Source: Chromohalobacter moromii
GTDB taxonomy: Bacteria; Pseudomonadota; Gammaproteobacteria; Pseudomonadales; Halomonadaceae
Length of the DNA stretch: 32,000 bases
Direction of reading: 5' to 3'
Assembly (NCBI RefSeq): GCF_023091865.1
Contig: NZ_JAHXDI010000005.1
Location: 23,722 to 55,721, forward strand
Part shown: in pieces, positions 1 to 9,303 of the stretch
Numbering within the stretch: the stretch's first letter is position 1
How the letters are laid out: every line of letters starts with the position of its first letter
Made by a program: the position numbers and the translations under genes
The notes under the pieces: generated by a model
Seen by the model: only the letters and a program-made list of their open reading frames with translations
Told to the model about the DNA's origin: nothing
Database searches by the model: none

Positions 1-147
1 GTTGAATATTGGGTCGCCCAAATCCAGCCCGGCAAGGTGCTCTACGAGATCGAAGGCGTATCCGAGGAGCTGGCGCGTGAGGCTTTTGACCTGGCCGCCC
101 AGAAGTTCCCGGTCTCCACCACCTTTGTGAAACGGACGGTGATGTGA
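1..147 (+). CDS. rplP: 50S ribosomal protein L16, C-terminal fragment (gene runs off left edge)
   Basis: Frame +1 is open from base 1 to TGA at 145-147. The translation [48 protein letters not shown] matches the conserved L16 C-terminus, and it sits directly upstream of rpmC as in the S10 operon. Confidence 0.9.
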   Translation, partial: VEYWVAQIQPGKVLYEIEGVSEELAREAFDLAAQKFPVSTTFVKRTVM

Positions 148-338
148 TGAAAGCCCAGGAAATTCGTGAAAAATCAGTCGAAGCGCTTCAGCAGCAGCTG
201 CTCGAGCTCCTCCGGGAGCAGTTCAACCTGCGCATGCAGAAGGCCACCGGCCAGCTGAGCCAGACCCATCTGCTCAAGCAGGTGCGTCGCGATATCGCTC
301 GCGTTAAGACTGTGCTCAATGAGAAGGCAGGTGACTGA
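147..338 (+). CDS. rpmC: 50S ribosomal protein L29
   Basis: [63 protein letters not shown] is near-collinear with E. coli L29. I chose ATG at 147 rather than the track's GTG at 144. The ATG overlaps the rplP stop (ATGTGATG). Confidence 0.96.
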   Translation: MKAQEIREKSVEALQQQLLELLREQFNLRMQKATGQLSQTHLLKQVRRDIARVKTVLNEKAGD

Positions 339-339
339 G

Positions 340-600
340 ATGGCTGAAGAAAATAATGCCCGCACACTGAATGGCAAGGTCGTGAGCGACAAGATGGACA
401 AGTCCATCGTCGTTCAGGTCGAGCGCCGTGTCCGGCATCCGATTTACGACAAGTACGTGAAGCGCTCCACCAAACTGCACGCCCATGACGAGGCGAATCA
501 GGCGAAGGTCGGGGATACGGTCTCTATCGAAGAGTGCCGCCCGATCTCCAAGTTGAAAGCCTGGACGCTGGTCGAGGTGGTCGAGCAGGCCAAGGGCTGA
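340..600 (+). CDS. rpsQ: 30S ribosomal protein S17
   Basis: [51 protein letters not shown]...[16 protein letters not shown] aligns with E. coli S17. The start is trimmed to ATG 340, 1 nt after the rpmC stop; the 319 start in the track is an upstream extension. Confidence 0.95.
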   Translation: MAEENNARTLNGKVVSDKMDKSIVVQVERRVRHPIYDKYVKRSTKLHAHDEANQAKVGDTVSIEECRPISKLKAWTLVEVVEQAKG

Positions 601-651
601 GCAGGCCAGAGCCTTTCACCAGTGCAGTCAGTTTAGGTTTGGAGAAAACCG

Positions 652-1023
652 ATGATTCAGACGCAGACAATGCTGGATGTCGCCGACAACAGCGGCGCGC
701 GCCGGGTGCAATGCATCAAGGTGCTGGGTGGGTCACACCGCCGTTACGCCCGTGTTGGTGACGTCATCAAAGTGACGGTCAAGGAAGCGATTCCGCGAGG
801 CAAGGTCAAAAAAGGCCAGGTCCTCAAGGCCGTCGTTGTACGTACCAAGAGTGGTGTCCGTCGTACAGACGGTTCACTGATCCGCTTCGATGGAAATGCG
901 GCCGTTCTGTTGCAAAACGCCAACGAGCAGCCGATCGGTACCCGTATCTTCGGGCCGGTTACGCGTGAGCTTCGCAATGAGAAGTTCATGAAGATCATTT
1001 CCCTAGCGCCTGAAGTGCTGTGA
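652..1023 (+). CDS. rplN: 50S ribosomal protein L14
   Basis: [33 protein letters not shown]...[13 protein letters not shown] is almost identical to E. coli L14 over its full length. Confidence 0.98.
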   Translation: MIQTQTMLDVADNSGARRVQCIKVLGGSHRRYARVGDVIKVTVKEAIPRGKVKKGQVLKAVVVRTKSGVRRTDGSLIRFDGNAAVLLQNANEQPIGTRIFGPVTRELRNEKFMKIISLAPEVL

Positions 1024-1037
1024 GGAGCGAGGCGGAT

Positions 1038-1352
1038 ATGCGAAAGATTAAACGTGACGACGAAGTAATCGTCATTGCCGGCAAGGACAAGGGCAAGCGC
1101 GGCACGATCAAACGGGTCCTGGACGGGTCCTATGTCGTGTCCGGTGTGAACATGGTTAAACGTCACACCAAGCCTAACCCCATGCAAGGCAAGCAGGGGG
1201 GTATCGTCGAGCGTGAGGCCCCGATTCACGGATCCAACGTGGCCATCTTCAATCAGGAGACCGGTAAGGCGGATCGCGTCGGCTTCCAGATTCAGGAAGA
1301 CGGTACCAAGGTACGTATCTACAAGTCGACGCAAAAGCAGATCGACGCCTAA
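1038..1352 (+). CDS. rplX: 50S ribosomal protein L24
   Basis: [23 protein letters not shown]...[30 protein letters not shown] matches L24 (KOW motif). The start is trimmed to ATG 1038. Confidence 0.95.
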   Translation: MRKIKRDDEVIVIAGKDKGKRGTIKRVLDGSYVVSGVNMVKRHTKPNPMQGKQGGIVEREAPIHGSNVAIFNQETGKADRVGFQIQEDGTKVRIYKSTQKQIDA

Positions 1353-1370
1353 CGCGAGTCGGGTAGCAAA

Positions 1371-1910
1371 ATGGCGAACTTGAAAGAACGTTATCAGAAC
1401 GAGGTGGCAGCTCAGCTCCAAGAGCAGTTCAGCTACGCCAACGTGATGCAGATCCCTCGGATCACCAAGGTGACCCTCAATATGGGCATCGGCGATGCGA
1501 CCAGCGATAAAAAGCTGATCGACAACGCCGTCGGCGACCTGGAGAAACTCTCCGGTCAAAAGCCGGTAGTGACCAAGGCGCGCAAGTCAATCGCAGGCTT
1601 CAAGGTCCGCGAGGGCTGGCCGATCGGCATCAAGGTGACTTTACGTCGCGAACGGATGTGGGATTTCCTCGATCGTCTCGTGAACGTCGCGATTCCGCGC
1701 GTTCGTGACTTTCGTGGTCTGAACCCCAAGTCCTTCGATGGTCGTGGCAACTACTCAATGGGTGTGCGTGAACAGATCATCTTTCCTGAACTCGAATATG
1801 ATAAGATTGATCGTATTCGCGGGTTGGATGTCACAATCACCACTACTGCCAACACCGATGAAGAAGGCCGTGCGCTGCTGAGCGCGCTGAACTTCCCGTT
1901 CAAGAAATAA
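1371..1910 (+). CDS. rplE: 50S ribosomal protein L5
   Basis: 179 aa; ...[16 protein letters not shown]...[15 protein letters not shown]... is a typical L5, and it occupies the expected spc-operon position. Confidence 0.97.
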   Translation: MANLKERYQNEVAAQLQEQFSYANVMQIPRITKVTLNMGIGDATSDKKLIDNAVGDLEKLSGQKPVVTKARKSIAGFKVREGWPIGIKVTLRRERMWDFLDRLVNVAIPRVRDFRGLNPKSFDGRGNYSMGVREQIIFPELEYDKIDRIRGLDVTITTTANTDEEGRALLSALNFPFKK

Positions 1911-1920
1911 GGGTGGGATC

Positions 1921-2226
1921 ATGGCAAAGAAAAGCATGATTGAGCGTGAGCTCAAGCGCGCGAAGCTGGTAGATAAGTACGCGGCCAAGCGTGCCGAGCT
2001 CAAGGCCGTCATCTATGACGTCAACGCTTCTGATGAAGAGCGCTTCGACGCCCAACTGAAACTTCAGGAGTTGCCGCGCGATTCCAGCCCGGTGCGTCAG
2101 CGTAATCGCTGCCGCGTCACCGGTCGTCCGCACGGCTTCTATAACAAGTTCGGCTTGGGCCGCAATAAACTGCGTGAAGCCGCCATGCGTGGCGACGTAC
2201 CTGGGCTCAAGAAGTCCAGTTGGTAA
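1921..2226 (+). CDS. rpsN: 30S ribosomal protein S14 (long, non-zinc form)
   Basis: 101 aa; [10 protein letters not shown]...[41 protein letters not shown] matches E. coli-type S14. Confidence 0.97.
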   Translation: MAKKSMIERELKRAKLVDKYAAKRAELKAVIYDVNASDEERFDAQLKLQELPRDSSPVRQRNRCRVTGRPHGFYNKFGLGRNKLREAAMRGDVPGLKKSSW

Positions 2227-2254
2227 GCTACGCGAGAATCAGGAGCGCAACGTA

Positions 2255-2647
2255 ATGAGCATGCAAGATACTCTGGCGGATATGTTTACCCGTATCCGCA
2301 ATGCGCAGATGGCCACCAAGGAGACGGTTTCTTTGCCGTCTTCCAACCTCAAGGTCGAGGTGGCTCGCGTATTGAAGCAAGAGGGCTATATCCACGACTT
2401 CACCGTCACGGAAGGCGCCAAGCCCCAGCTGACCGTTACTCTCAAGTACTTCGAGGGTAAGCCGGTCATCGAGCACATTCAGCGCTTTTCCAAGCCGTCC
2501 CTGCGCTCTTACAAGGGCAAGGACACGCTGCCGAAAGTCGCGGATGGTCTGGGCATCGCGATCGTCACCACTTCTCAGGGCGTGATGACCGACCGTGCGG
2601 CGCGTCAGGCCGGTGTCGGTGGTGAAGTCATCTGCACCGTATTCTAG
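2255..2647 (+). CDS. rpsH: 30S ribosomal protein S8
   Basis: [20 protein letters not shown]...[25 protein letters not shown] aligns with E. coli S8. The start is trimmed to ATG 2255 (the track ORF begins at 2174, inside rpsN). Confidence 0.96.
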   Translation: MSMQDTLADMFTRIRNAQMATKETVSLPSSNLKVEVARVLKQEGYIHDFTVTEGAKPQLTVTLKYFEGKPVIEHIQRFSKPSLRSYKGKDTLPKVADGLGIAIVTTSQGVMTDRAARQAGVGGEVICTVF

Positions 2648-2656
2648 GAGTTTGGA

Positions 2657-3187
2657 ATGTCCCGCGTAGCCAAATATCCGGTGAAACTACCGAGTGGCGT
2701 CGAGGTCAAACTCGAGGCTAACAAGCTGACCGTCAAAGGCGGTCAGGGCACGCTCTCCATGACCGTGCATTCCGATGTCACTGTGGGCCAGGAAGAAGGC
2801 CAACTGACATTTAATCCGAGCGAGTCCGCTAAAAGCTGGGCGATGGTCGGAACCACCCGTGCGCTGGTACAGAATCTCGTGACTGGCGTTTCGGAAGGCT
2901 TCACCAAGTCTCTCGAGATCAACGGTGTCGGTTACCGCGCGCAATCAAGCGGCAACACACTCAACCTGACATTAGGCTTCTCGCACCCCGTCGAGTATAC
3001 GCTGCCTGAAGGTGTGACGGCCGAAACGCCGAAGAACACCACGATCGTGCTGAAGAGCGCGGACAAGCAGAAGCTCGGCCAGGTCGCAGCGGAAATTCGT
3101 GCCTTCCGTCCCCCCGAGCCCTACAAGGGCAAAGGGATTCGGTATGGCGACGAAGAAGTCCGCCGCAAAGAAGCCAAGAAGAAGTAA
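2657..3187 (+). CDS. rplF: 50S ribosomal protein L6
   Basis: 176 aa; [19 protein letters not shown]...GYRAQ...[11 protein letters not shown] is characteristic of L6. Confidence 0.97.
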   Translation: MSRVAKYPVKLPSGVEVKLEANKLTVKGGQGTLSMTVHSDVTVGQEEGQLTFNPSESAKSWAMVGTTRALVQNLVTGVSEGFTKSLEINGVGYRAQSSGNTLNLTLGFSHPVEYTLPEGVTAETPKNTTIVLKSADKQKLGQVAAEIRAFRPPEPYKGKGIRYGDEEVRRKEAKKK

Positions 3188-3196
3188 GGCAGGGTT

Positions 3197-3547
3197 ATGA
3201 ACGCGAAGAAAGAATCTCGTCTCCGTCGTGCCCGCCGCGCTCGCGCCAAGATCCGCGAGCTTGGCGTGTCTCGCTTGTGCGTCAATCGCACGCCGCGCCA
3301 CATCTACGCGCAGATCATTTCGCCGGATGGCGGCCAAGTACTGGCCAGCGCATCCACGCTCGATAAGAGCCTGCGTGAAGGATCCACGGGCAATGCGGAC
3401 GCCGCCTCCAAGGTGGGCGCCCTGATTGCCGAACGCGCAAAGGAAGCGGGCATCACCGAGGTGGCCTTTGATCGTGCCGGGTTTAAATACCACGGTCGTA
3501 TCAAGGCCCTGGCAGATGCCGCTCGTGAAGGCGGCCTGGAATTCTAA
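3197..3547 (+). CDS. rplR: 50S ribosomal protein L18
   Basis: 116 aa; basic N-terminus [14 protein letters not shown]..., ...[10 protein letters not shown]..., and C-terminal [26 protein letters not shown]. Confidence 0.97.
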   Translation: MNAKKESRLRRARRARAKIRELGVSRLCVNRTPRHIYAQIISPDGGQVLASASTLDKSLREGSTGNADAASKVGALIAERAKEAGITEVAFDRAGFKYHGRIKALADAAREGGLEF

Positions 3548-3558
3548 AGGGTTTTACG

Positions 3559-4059
3559 ATGGCGAATAACGAACAGAAGGGCGGCGATCTGCAAGAGAAA
3601 CTCGTGCAGGTAAACCGCGTCGCCAAGGTTGTGAAAGGTGGTCGTATTTTCGGCTTCACCGCACTGACCGTCGTTGGCGATGGCAACGGTCGCGTCGGCT
3701 TCGGCCGCGGCAAAGCACGTGAAGTGCCAGTCGCGATTCAGAAGGCGATGGATCAGGCGCGTCGCAACATGGTGAAGGTAAGTCTCAGCGGCGCTACGCT
3801 GCAGTACCCCACGAAGGCCCGTCATGGCGCCTCCAAGGTGTTCATGCAGCCGGCGTCTGAAGGTACCGGCATCATTGCTGGCGGTGCCATGCGCTCCGTA
3901 CTCGAACTGGCAGGCGTCCATGACGTTCTCGCCAAGTGCTACGGTTCCACCAACCCGGTGAACGTGGTGCGCGCGACTATCAAAGGTCTCGCCGCCATGC
4001 AGTCTCCGGAGGATATTGCCGCTAAGCGTGGTATGTCCGTCGAAGAGCTCGCGGGGTAA
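3559..4059 (+). CDS. rpsE: 30S ribosomal protein S5
   Basis: 166 aa; [47 protein letters not shown] matches the S5 dsRBD and C-terminal domains. Confidence 0.97.
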   Translation: MANNEQKGGDLQEKLVQVNRVAKVVKGGRIFGFTALTVVGDGNGRVGFGRGKAREVPVAIQKAMDQARRNMVKVSLSGATLQYPTKARHGASKVFMQPASEGTGIIAGGAMRSVLELAGVHDVLAKCYGSTNPVNVVRATIKGLAAMQSPEDIAAKRGMSVEELAG

Positions 4060-4065
4060 GGCATC

Positions 4066-4251
4066 ATGGCAGCAGCAACGATCAAGGTTACCCAGACTCG
4101 TAGTACCATCGGCATTCTGGAAAAGCACAAGGCCACTATTCGTGGCTTGGGCCTGCGCCGCATCGGTCACACGGTTGAGCTGGAAGACACCCCCGCCGTA
4201 CGCGGTATGGTCAACAAGGTTAATTACCTTGTGCGTGTTGAGGGAGAGTAA
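4066..4251 (+). CDS. rpmD: 50S ribosomal protein L30
   Basis: 61 aa; [47 protein letters not shown] is an L30 pattern. Confidence 0.95.
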   Translation: MAAATIKVTQTRSTIGILEKHKATIRGLGLRRIGHTVELEDTPAVRGMVNKVNYLVRVEGE

Positions 4252-4254
4252 TCC

Positions 4255-4689
4255 ATGAAACTCAATAGTCTGAGTCCAGCACTGGGCTCGAAGCACGCCG
4301 AGAAGCGCGTCGGTCGTGGTATCGGCTCCGGTCTGGGTAAGACCGGCGGTCGCGGCCACAAAGGCCAGAAGTCACGTTCCGGTGGGTCCGTGAAGCCCGG
4401 TTTCGAAGGCGGTCAGATGCCATTGCAGCGTCGTCTGCCGAAATACGGTTTCACGTCCATCAAGTCGTTGGCATCCGAAGAGGTGCGCGTGGCGGAGTTG
4501 GCCAAGATCGACGGTGATATCGTCGATCTGGATAGCCTTAAGAAAGCCAACGTACTTAAGGATAGCACCAAGTACGCGAAGGTGATTCTCTCCGGTGAAC
4601 TGAACAAAGCAGTCACGGTTCGTGGTCTCAAGGTCACCAAGGGTGCCCGTGGCGCGATCGAAGCTGCCGGTGGCAAGGTAGAGGACTAA
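4255..4689 (+). CDS. rplO: 50S ribosomal protein L15
   Basis: 144 aa; glycine- and basic-rich N-terminus [25 protein letters not shown], then [14 protein letters not shown]. The stop overlaps the secY start (TAATG). Confidence 0.97.
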   Translation: MKLNSLSPALGSKHAEKRVGRGIGSGLGKTGGRGHKGQKSRSGGSVKPGFEGGQMPLQRRLPKYGFTSIKSLASEEVRVAELAKIDGDIVDLDSLKKANVLKDSTKYAKVILSGELNKAVTVRGLKVTKGARGAIEAAGGKVED

Positions 4690-6020
4690 TGGCTAAGTCA
4701 GGAAACATGCCGGCCAGTGGAAGTGGTCTGAGTGAACTTTGGGCGCGTTTGCGTTTCGTGTTCATCGCCATCGTGGTGTACCGTATCGGTGCCCATATTC
4801 CGGTGCCTGGCATCAATCCTGACCAGCTTGCTGCCTTGTTCAGGGAAAATCAGGGCACCATCTTGGGCATGTTCAACATGTTTTCGGGTGGTGCGCTGTC
4901 GCGCATGAGTATTTTTGCGCTGGGGATCATGCCGTATATCTCCGCGTCGATCATCATGCAGCTCCTGACGGCGGTCTCGCCTCAGCTGGAACAGCTGAAG
5001 AAGGAAGGTGAGGCTGGCCGGCGCAAGATCAACCAGTACACGCGCTACGGTACGGTGCTGCTGGCATTGATCCAAGCGACCGGCATGGCAGTCGGTCTGG
5101 TCGGACAGGGCGTCGCCTATAGCGGCGATCTCAGCTTCTACTTCACAGCAATCGTGACGTTTGTCGCGGGTGCCGTGTTCCTGATGTGGCTGGGAGAGCA
5201 GATCACCGAAAAAGGTATTGGTAACGGCATTTCCCTTATCATCTTCGCGGGTATCGTAGCGGGTCTGCCGAGCGCTATCGGGCAGTCTTTCGAACTGGCG
5301 CGAAATGATGGGGCTTGGAATATCTTGCCGCTGCTGTCTTTGGCAGTCCTGGGGATCGCGACTGTTGCATTCGTGGTCTTCATCGAGCGTGGCCAGCGAC
5401 GGATCAAGGTGAATTATCCGCGTCGTCAGGTAGGCAACAAGATGTATGCCGGGCAGAGCAGCTATCTGCCGCTGAAGGTCAATATGGCCGGTGTTATTCC
5501 GCCGATCTTTGCCTCCAGCATCTTGCTGTTTCCGGCCTCGATTGGCCAATGGATCGGTGACGGGCAGAACATGGCCTGGCTGCAGACGGTGTCACAAGCG
5601 CTTGGCCCGGGGCAGCCGCTATACATCTTGCTTTTCGCGGCGGCGGTGCTATTCTTCTGCTTCTTTTACACGGCGTTGGTCTTCAATCCCAAGGATGTCG
5701 CCGACAACTTGAAGAAATCAGGAGCGTTTCTACCGGGGATTCGTCCGGGTGAGCAAACGTCCCGCTATGTCGATAAGGTCATGACACGTCTGACGCTTTT
5801 CGGCGCCTTGTACATCACCGCAGTTTCCTTGATGCCCCAGTTCCTCGTGGTGGCCTGGCAAGTACCTTTCTACTTTGGCGGTACTTCCCTGCTCATCGTG
5901 GTAGTGGTGGTCATGGACTTCATGGCCCAGGTGCAGTCGCATCTGATGTCGAATCAATATGAATCGGTGATGAAGAAGTCCAACCTGAAAGGCTATGGCA
6001 GCGGCGGTATCCTGCGTTAA
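4689..6020 (+). CDS. secY: Preprotein translocase subunit SecY
   Basis: 443 aa polytopic membrane protein with ...[18 protein letters not shown]... and ...[15 protein letters not shown].... It sits in the canonical position between rplO and rpmJ. Confidence 0.98.
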   Translation: MAKSGNMPASGSGLSELWARLRFVFIAIVVYRIGAHIPVPGINPDQLAALFRENQGTILGMFNMFSGGALSRMSIFALGIMPYISASIIMQLLTAVSPQLEQLKKEGEAGRRKINQYTRYGTVLLALIQATGMAVGLVGQGVAYSGDLSFYFTAIVTFVAGAVFLMWLGEQITEKGIGNGISLIIFAGIVAGLPSAIGQSFELARNDGAWNILPLLSLAVLGIATVAFVVFIERGQRRIKVNYPRRQVGNKMYAGQSSYLPLKVNMAGVIPPIFASSILLFPASIGQWIGDGQNMAWLQTVSQALGPGQPLYILLFAAAVLFFCFFYTALVFNPKDVADNLKKSGAFLPGIRPGEQTSRYVDKVMTRLTLFGALYITAVSLMPQFLVVAWQVPFYFGGTSLLIVVVVVMDFMAQVQSHLMSNQYESVMKKSNLKGYGSGGILR

Positions 6021-6051
6021 ACGAGCCCCGCTAGGTTTTTTGGAGAGAACG

Positions 6052-6165
6052 ATGAAAGTTCGAGCTTCCGTCAAGAAAATGTGCCGTAACTGCAAGATCA
6101 TTCGGCGCAATGGCGCGATTCGTGTCATCTGTAGCGAACCGCGGCATAAGCAGCGCCAGGGTTGA
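6052..6165 (+). CDS. rpmJ: 50S ribosomal protein L36 (zinc-binding C+ form)
   Basis: Not in the ORF track (below its length cutoff). ATG 6052 to TGA 6163-6165 encodes [37 protein letters not shown] (37 aa) with CxxC...C...H zinc ligands. GGAGAG lies 6 nt upstream of the ATG. Confidence 0.95.
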   Translation: MKVRASVKKMCRNCKIIRRNGAIRVICSEPRHKQRQG

Positions 6166-6193
6166 TCCTGCGCTGACTTAAAAGCGGGCGTAG

Positions 6194-6230
6194 GCATACC
6201 CCTTGTCTCTAAGGAGGCAAAGGGGTATGC
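6194..6230 (+). promoter_or_regulatory. Stem-loop in the rpmJ-rpsM spacer (candidate alpha-operon leader structure or spc-operon attenuator)
   Basis: GCATACCCCTT (6194-6204) pairs perfectly with AAGGGGTATGC (6220-6230) around a 15-nt loop, gtctctaaggaggca. Flanking GGGCG/CGCCC could extend the stem. No U-tract follows. Confidence 0.3.
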
Positions 6231-6287
6231 TATTGCGCCCTTATAGACGACTAAACGAGCAAGCCGCTCAACATTCGGAGTAAGCTG

Positions 6288-6644
6288 ATGGCCCGTATTG
6301 CAGGCGTCAATATCCCGGACAACAAGCATGCGGCGATCTCGCTGACCTACATCTTCGGGATTGGCCGTACGCGTGCGCAGGAAATCTGCGTCGCTACCGG
6401 CATCGCGCCGACGACGAAAGTGCAGGAGCTGTCCGCCGAGGAGGTGGATGTCCTGCGTAACGAAGTCGGCAAGTATACCGTTGAAGGCGATCTTCGCCGT
6501 GATACGACGCTTAACATCAAGCGTCTCATGGACTTGGGTTGCTATCGTGGTCTGCGTCATCGTCGTGGTCTTCCGCTGCGTGGTCAGCGTACCAAGACCA
6601 ATGCGCGTACCCGTAAGGGACCGCGTAAGCCGATTCGCAAATAA
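6288..6644 (+). CDS. rpsM: 30S ribosomal protein S13
   Basis: 118 aa; [30 protein letters not shown]...[25 protein letters not shown]. Confidence 0.97.
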   Translation: MARIAGVNIPDNKHAAISLTYIFGIGRTRAQEICVATGIAPTTKVQELSAEEVDVLRNEVGKYTVEGDLRRDTTLNIKRLMDLGCYRGLRHRRGLPLRGQRTKTNARTRKGPRKPIRK

Positions 6645-6683
6645 AACGCACGTTCTGGCGTTAAGACAGGAATAGACATCAAC

Positions 6684-7070
6684 ATGGCTAACCCGCGTAG
6701 TAACCGTAAAAAGGTGAAAAAGCAGGTAGTGGATGCGGTTGCCCACATCCATGCCTCTTTTAACAACACGATCGTGACGATCACAGACCGCCAGGGCAAC
6801 GCTCTTTCTTGGGCGACTGCCGGTGGTTCGGGTTTTCGTGGTTCTCGTAAGAGCACCCCGTTCGCTGCTCAAGTAGCAAGCGAACGTGCAGCGACTGCTG
6901 CAGCCGAGTATGGTGTGAAAAACGTCGACGTGCTGGTCAAGGGACCCGGTCCCGGCCGTGAATCCGCCGTGCGTGCGCTCAATGCTGCGGGTTTCCGCGT
7001 GCAGAGCATTACCGACGCGACGCCCGTTCCCCATAACGGCTGCCGTCCGCCGAAGAAACGCCGCGTTTAA
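6684..7070 (+). CDS. rpsK: 30S ribosomal protein S11
   Basis: 128 aa; ...[44 protein letters not shown]...[13 protein letters not shown]. Confidence 0.97.
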   Translation: MANPRSNRKKVKKQVVDAVAHIHASFNNTIVTITDRQGNALSWATAGGSGFRGSRKSTPFAAQVASERAATAAAEYGVKNVDVLVKGPGPGRESAVRALNAAGFRVQSITDATPVPHNGCRPPKKRRV

Positions 7071-7082
7071 GGAGACAGATTC

Positions 7083-7703
7083 ATGGCACGTTATATTGGA
7101 CCGAAGTGCAAACTGTCTCGTCGTGAAGGCACCGACCTCTTTTTGAAGAGCGGTGTTACTCCCTTCGAGAAAAAGTGCAAATCCGAGCAGATCCCGGGTG
7201 TCCACGGCCAGCGCCGTCAGCGTCTTTCCGACTACGGCTTGCAGCTTCGTGAGAAGCAGAAAGTACGCCGCATGTACGGCGTACTCGAGAAGCAGTTCCG
7301 CAACTACTACAAGGAAGCGGCCCGCCTCAAGGGCGCGACCGGCGAGTTGTTGTTGCAGCTCCTCGAATCCCGACTGGACAATGTCGTCTACCGTATGGGC
7401 TTCGGCTCCACGCGCTCAGAAGCGCGTCAGTTGGTCAGCCACAAGGCAATCGCCGTGAATGGCCGTAGCGTCAACGTGGCTTCCTATCAGGTCAAGCCGG
7501 GTGACGTGGTGTCCGTTCGTGAAAAGTCCAAGAATCAGGCGCGCATTCAAAACGCCCTGGGAATCGCCGCCAACCGTGGCGATGTGACTTGGATCGACGT
7601 CGACTCCAAGAAGATGGAAGGCACTTTCAAGGCTGTCCCGGAACGCGGCGACCTGTCTGCCGACATCAACGAAAACCTGATCGTCGAGCTGTACTCGAAG
7701 TAA
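7083..7703 (+). CDS. rpsD: 30S ribosomal protein S4
   Basis: 206 aa; [24 protein letters not shown]...[26 protein letters not shown] (S4 domain). Confidence 0.97.
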   Translation: MARYIGPKCKLSRREGTDLFLKSGVTPFEKKCKSEQIPGVHGQRRQRLSDYGLQLREKQKVRRMYGVLEKQFRNYYKEAARLKGATGELLLQLLESRLDNVVYRMGFGSTRSEARQLVSHKAIAVNGRSVNVASYQVKPGDVVSVREKSKNQARIQNALGIAANRGDVTWIDVDSKKMEGTFKAVPERGDLSADINENLIVELYSK

Positions 7704-7727
7704 TCATGCAGCCACTGCGTGATGCCG

Positions 7728-7750
7728 CCAGGCCCCATGCCAGGGCCTGG
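7728..7750 (+). other. GC-rich hairpin in the 91-nt rpsD-rpoA spacer
   Basis: CCAGGCCC (7728-7735) and GGGCCTGG (7743-7750) with a 7-nt loop, followed by TTT. Function unknown. Confidence 0.25.
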
Positions 7751-7794
7751 TTTCGAGTACCGAGTATCCGTTTGGCAGCCTGAAAGGTGTTCTT

Positions 7795-8793
7795 ATGCAG
7801 CGTTCAGTGACAGAGTTTCTCCGTCCTCGCGACATCAAGGTCGAAGAGATCAACGCGAATCATGCGAAGATCGTGCTCGAGCCGTTCGAGCGTGGTTTCG
7901 GCCATACCCTGGGGAATGCTCTGCGTCGCATCCTGCTGTCTTCCATGCCCGGTTGCGCCATTGTGGAAGCGGAGATTGAAGGCGTTCTACACGAGTACAG
8001 CGCCATCGAGGGCGTCCAAGAAGACGTCATCGAAATTCTCCTGAACCTCAAGGACGTCGCCATCAAGATGCATGGCCGTGACGAAGTGGTTCTGACGCTG
8101 AGCAAGCAGGGTCCGAGTGTGGTGACCGCGGGCGATATCGCCGTCGATCATGACGTCGACGTCATCAACCCGGATCACGTTATCGCGCACCTCAACGACA
8201 GCGGCGAGCTGAAAATGGAGCTCAAGGTGGTCCGCGGTCGTGGCTATGAGCCGGCGGATACCCGTGCTTCCGAGGAAGACGAATCGCGCGCGATCGGTCG
8301 CCTCCAGTTGGATGCGACTTTCAGCCCGGTGCGTCGTGTGTCTTACTCCGTGGAAGCCGCGCGTGTCGAACAGCGTACCGATCTCGATAAGCTAATTATC
8401 GACTTGGAAACCGACGGCACCTTGGATCCGGAAGAGGCGATTCGCCGCAGCGCGACCATTCTGCAAGAGCAGTTGGGCGCGTTCGTCGATCTCGAAGCCG
8501 ACAAGGAACAGGAAGTCGAAGAAGAAGAGGATCAGATCGATCCGATTCTACTGCGCCCCGTAGACGATCTCGAGTTGACCGTTCGCAGCGCCAACTGCTT
8601 GAAAGCCGAGAATATCTATTATATCGGTGATCTGATTCAGCGTACCGAAGTAGAGCTGTTGAAGACCCCGAACCTCGGCAAGAAATCCTTGAATGAGATC
8701 AAGGACGTTCTGGCAGCGCGCGGTCTTTCCCTCGGCATGCGGCTGGAAAACTGGCCGCCGGCGAGCCTGAAGGACGACAAGGCCTCTGCGTGA
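7795..8793 (+). CDS. rpoA: DNA-directed RNA polymerase subunit alpha
   Basis: 332 aa; [17 protein letters not shown]...[20 protein letters not shown]...; the C-terminal domain reads [56 protein letters not shown]. Confidence 0.98.
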   Translation: MQRSVTEFLRPRDIKVEEINANHAKIVLEPFERGFGHTLGNALRRILLSSMPGCAIVEAEIEGVLHEYSAIEGVQEDVIEILLNLKDVAIKMHGRDEVVLTLSKQGPSVVTAGDIAVDHDVDVINPDHVIAHLNDSGELKMELKVVRGRGYEPADTRASEEDESRAIGRLQLDATFSPVRRVSYSVEAARVEQRTDLDKLIIDLETDGTLDPEEAIRRSATILQEQLGAFVDLEADKEQEVEEEEDQIDPILLRPVDDLELTVRSANCLKAENIYYIGDLIQRTEVELLKTPNLGKKSLNEIKDVLAARGLSLGMRLENWPPASLKDDKASA

Positions 8794-8832
8794 GCGCCGA
8801 CTCGAGTCCCAGTTTGGTAAGGAATTTCAACC

Positions 8833-9216
8833 ATGCGTCATCGTAAGAGTGGTCGTCACCTCAATCGTACGAGCTCGCATCGCCATGCCATGTTCAAGAA
8901 CATGTGTGTGTCGCTAGTCGAGCACGAAGTCATCAAGACTACCCTGCCCAAGGCCAAGGAGTTGCGTCGTCACGTCGAGCCGCTGATTACTCTGGCCAAG
9001 CAGGACAGCGTCGCCAACCGCCGGCTGGCCTTCAACCGCACCCGTTCCAAAGAAACGGTCGGTAAGCTCTTCAATGAGCTGGGCCCACGTTATGTCGAGC
9101 GCCCGGGCGGCTATGTGCGTATTCTCAAGTGCGGTTTCCGTACTGGTGACAATGCGCCGATGGCTTATGTTGAGTTGGTCGACCGTCCGATCGTAGAGGA
9201 AGCCGCCGAGGAGTAA
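8833..9216 (+). CDS. rplQ: 50S ribosomal protein L17
   Basis: 127 aa; [24 protein letters not shown]...[27 protein letters not shown]. Confidence 0.97.
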   Translation: MRHRKSGRHLNRTSSHRHAMFKNMCVSLVEHEVIKTTLPKAKELRRHVEPLITLAKQDSVANRRLAFNRTRSKETVGKLFNELGPRYVERPGGYVRILKCGFRTGDNAPMAYVELVDRPIVEEAAEE

Positions 9217-9250
9217 TCTTCGTCAGGCTTCGCCATCTCGGCACAATAAA

Positions 9251-9276
9251 GCCGGCCCCTCGGGGCCGGCTTTTTT
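9251..9276. terminator. Bidirectional rho-independent terminator between convergent rplQ and uvrA
   Basis: GCCGGCCCC-TC-GGGGCCGGC is a perfect 9-bp GC stem. It is followed by TTTTTT on the + strand and preceded by AATAAA, which gives TTTATT on the - strand. Confidence 0.85.
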
Positions 9277-9303
9277 ATGCGTTGTTGATAGCCGATATTT
9301 CGA

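Noticed and set aside
744-1559. 271-aa minus-strand ORF, plus similar ones at 3544-4359, 4698-5549, 2972-3493, 12793-13692, 18157-18978, 25043-25552 and 26303-27091
   Set aside because: All lie antisense to or overlap strongly supported genes (rplN/rplX/rplE, rpsE/rpmD, secY, rplF/rplR, MFS, pgaB, GGDEF-EAL). None shows family motifs or an RBS.
5730-7205. 491-aa minus-strand ORF, the longest unassigned ORF in the ribosomal region
   Set aside because: It runs antisense across secY, rpmJ, an intergenic spacer, rpsM, rpsK and rpsD, all of which are unambiguous sense genes. Its Arg/Thr/Gly/His-rich composition has no recognisable motif. This is a typical stop-codon-poor antisense frame in GC-rich DNA.
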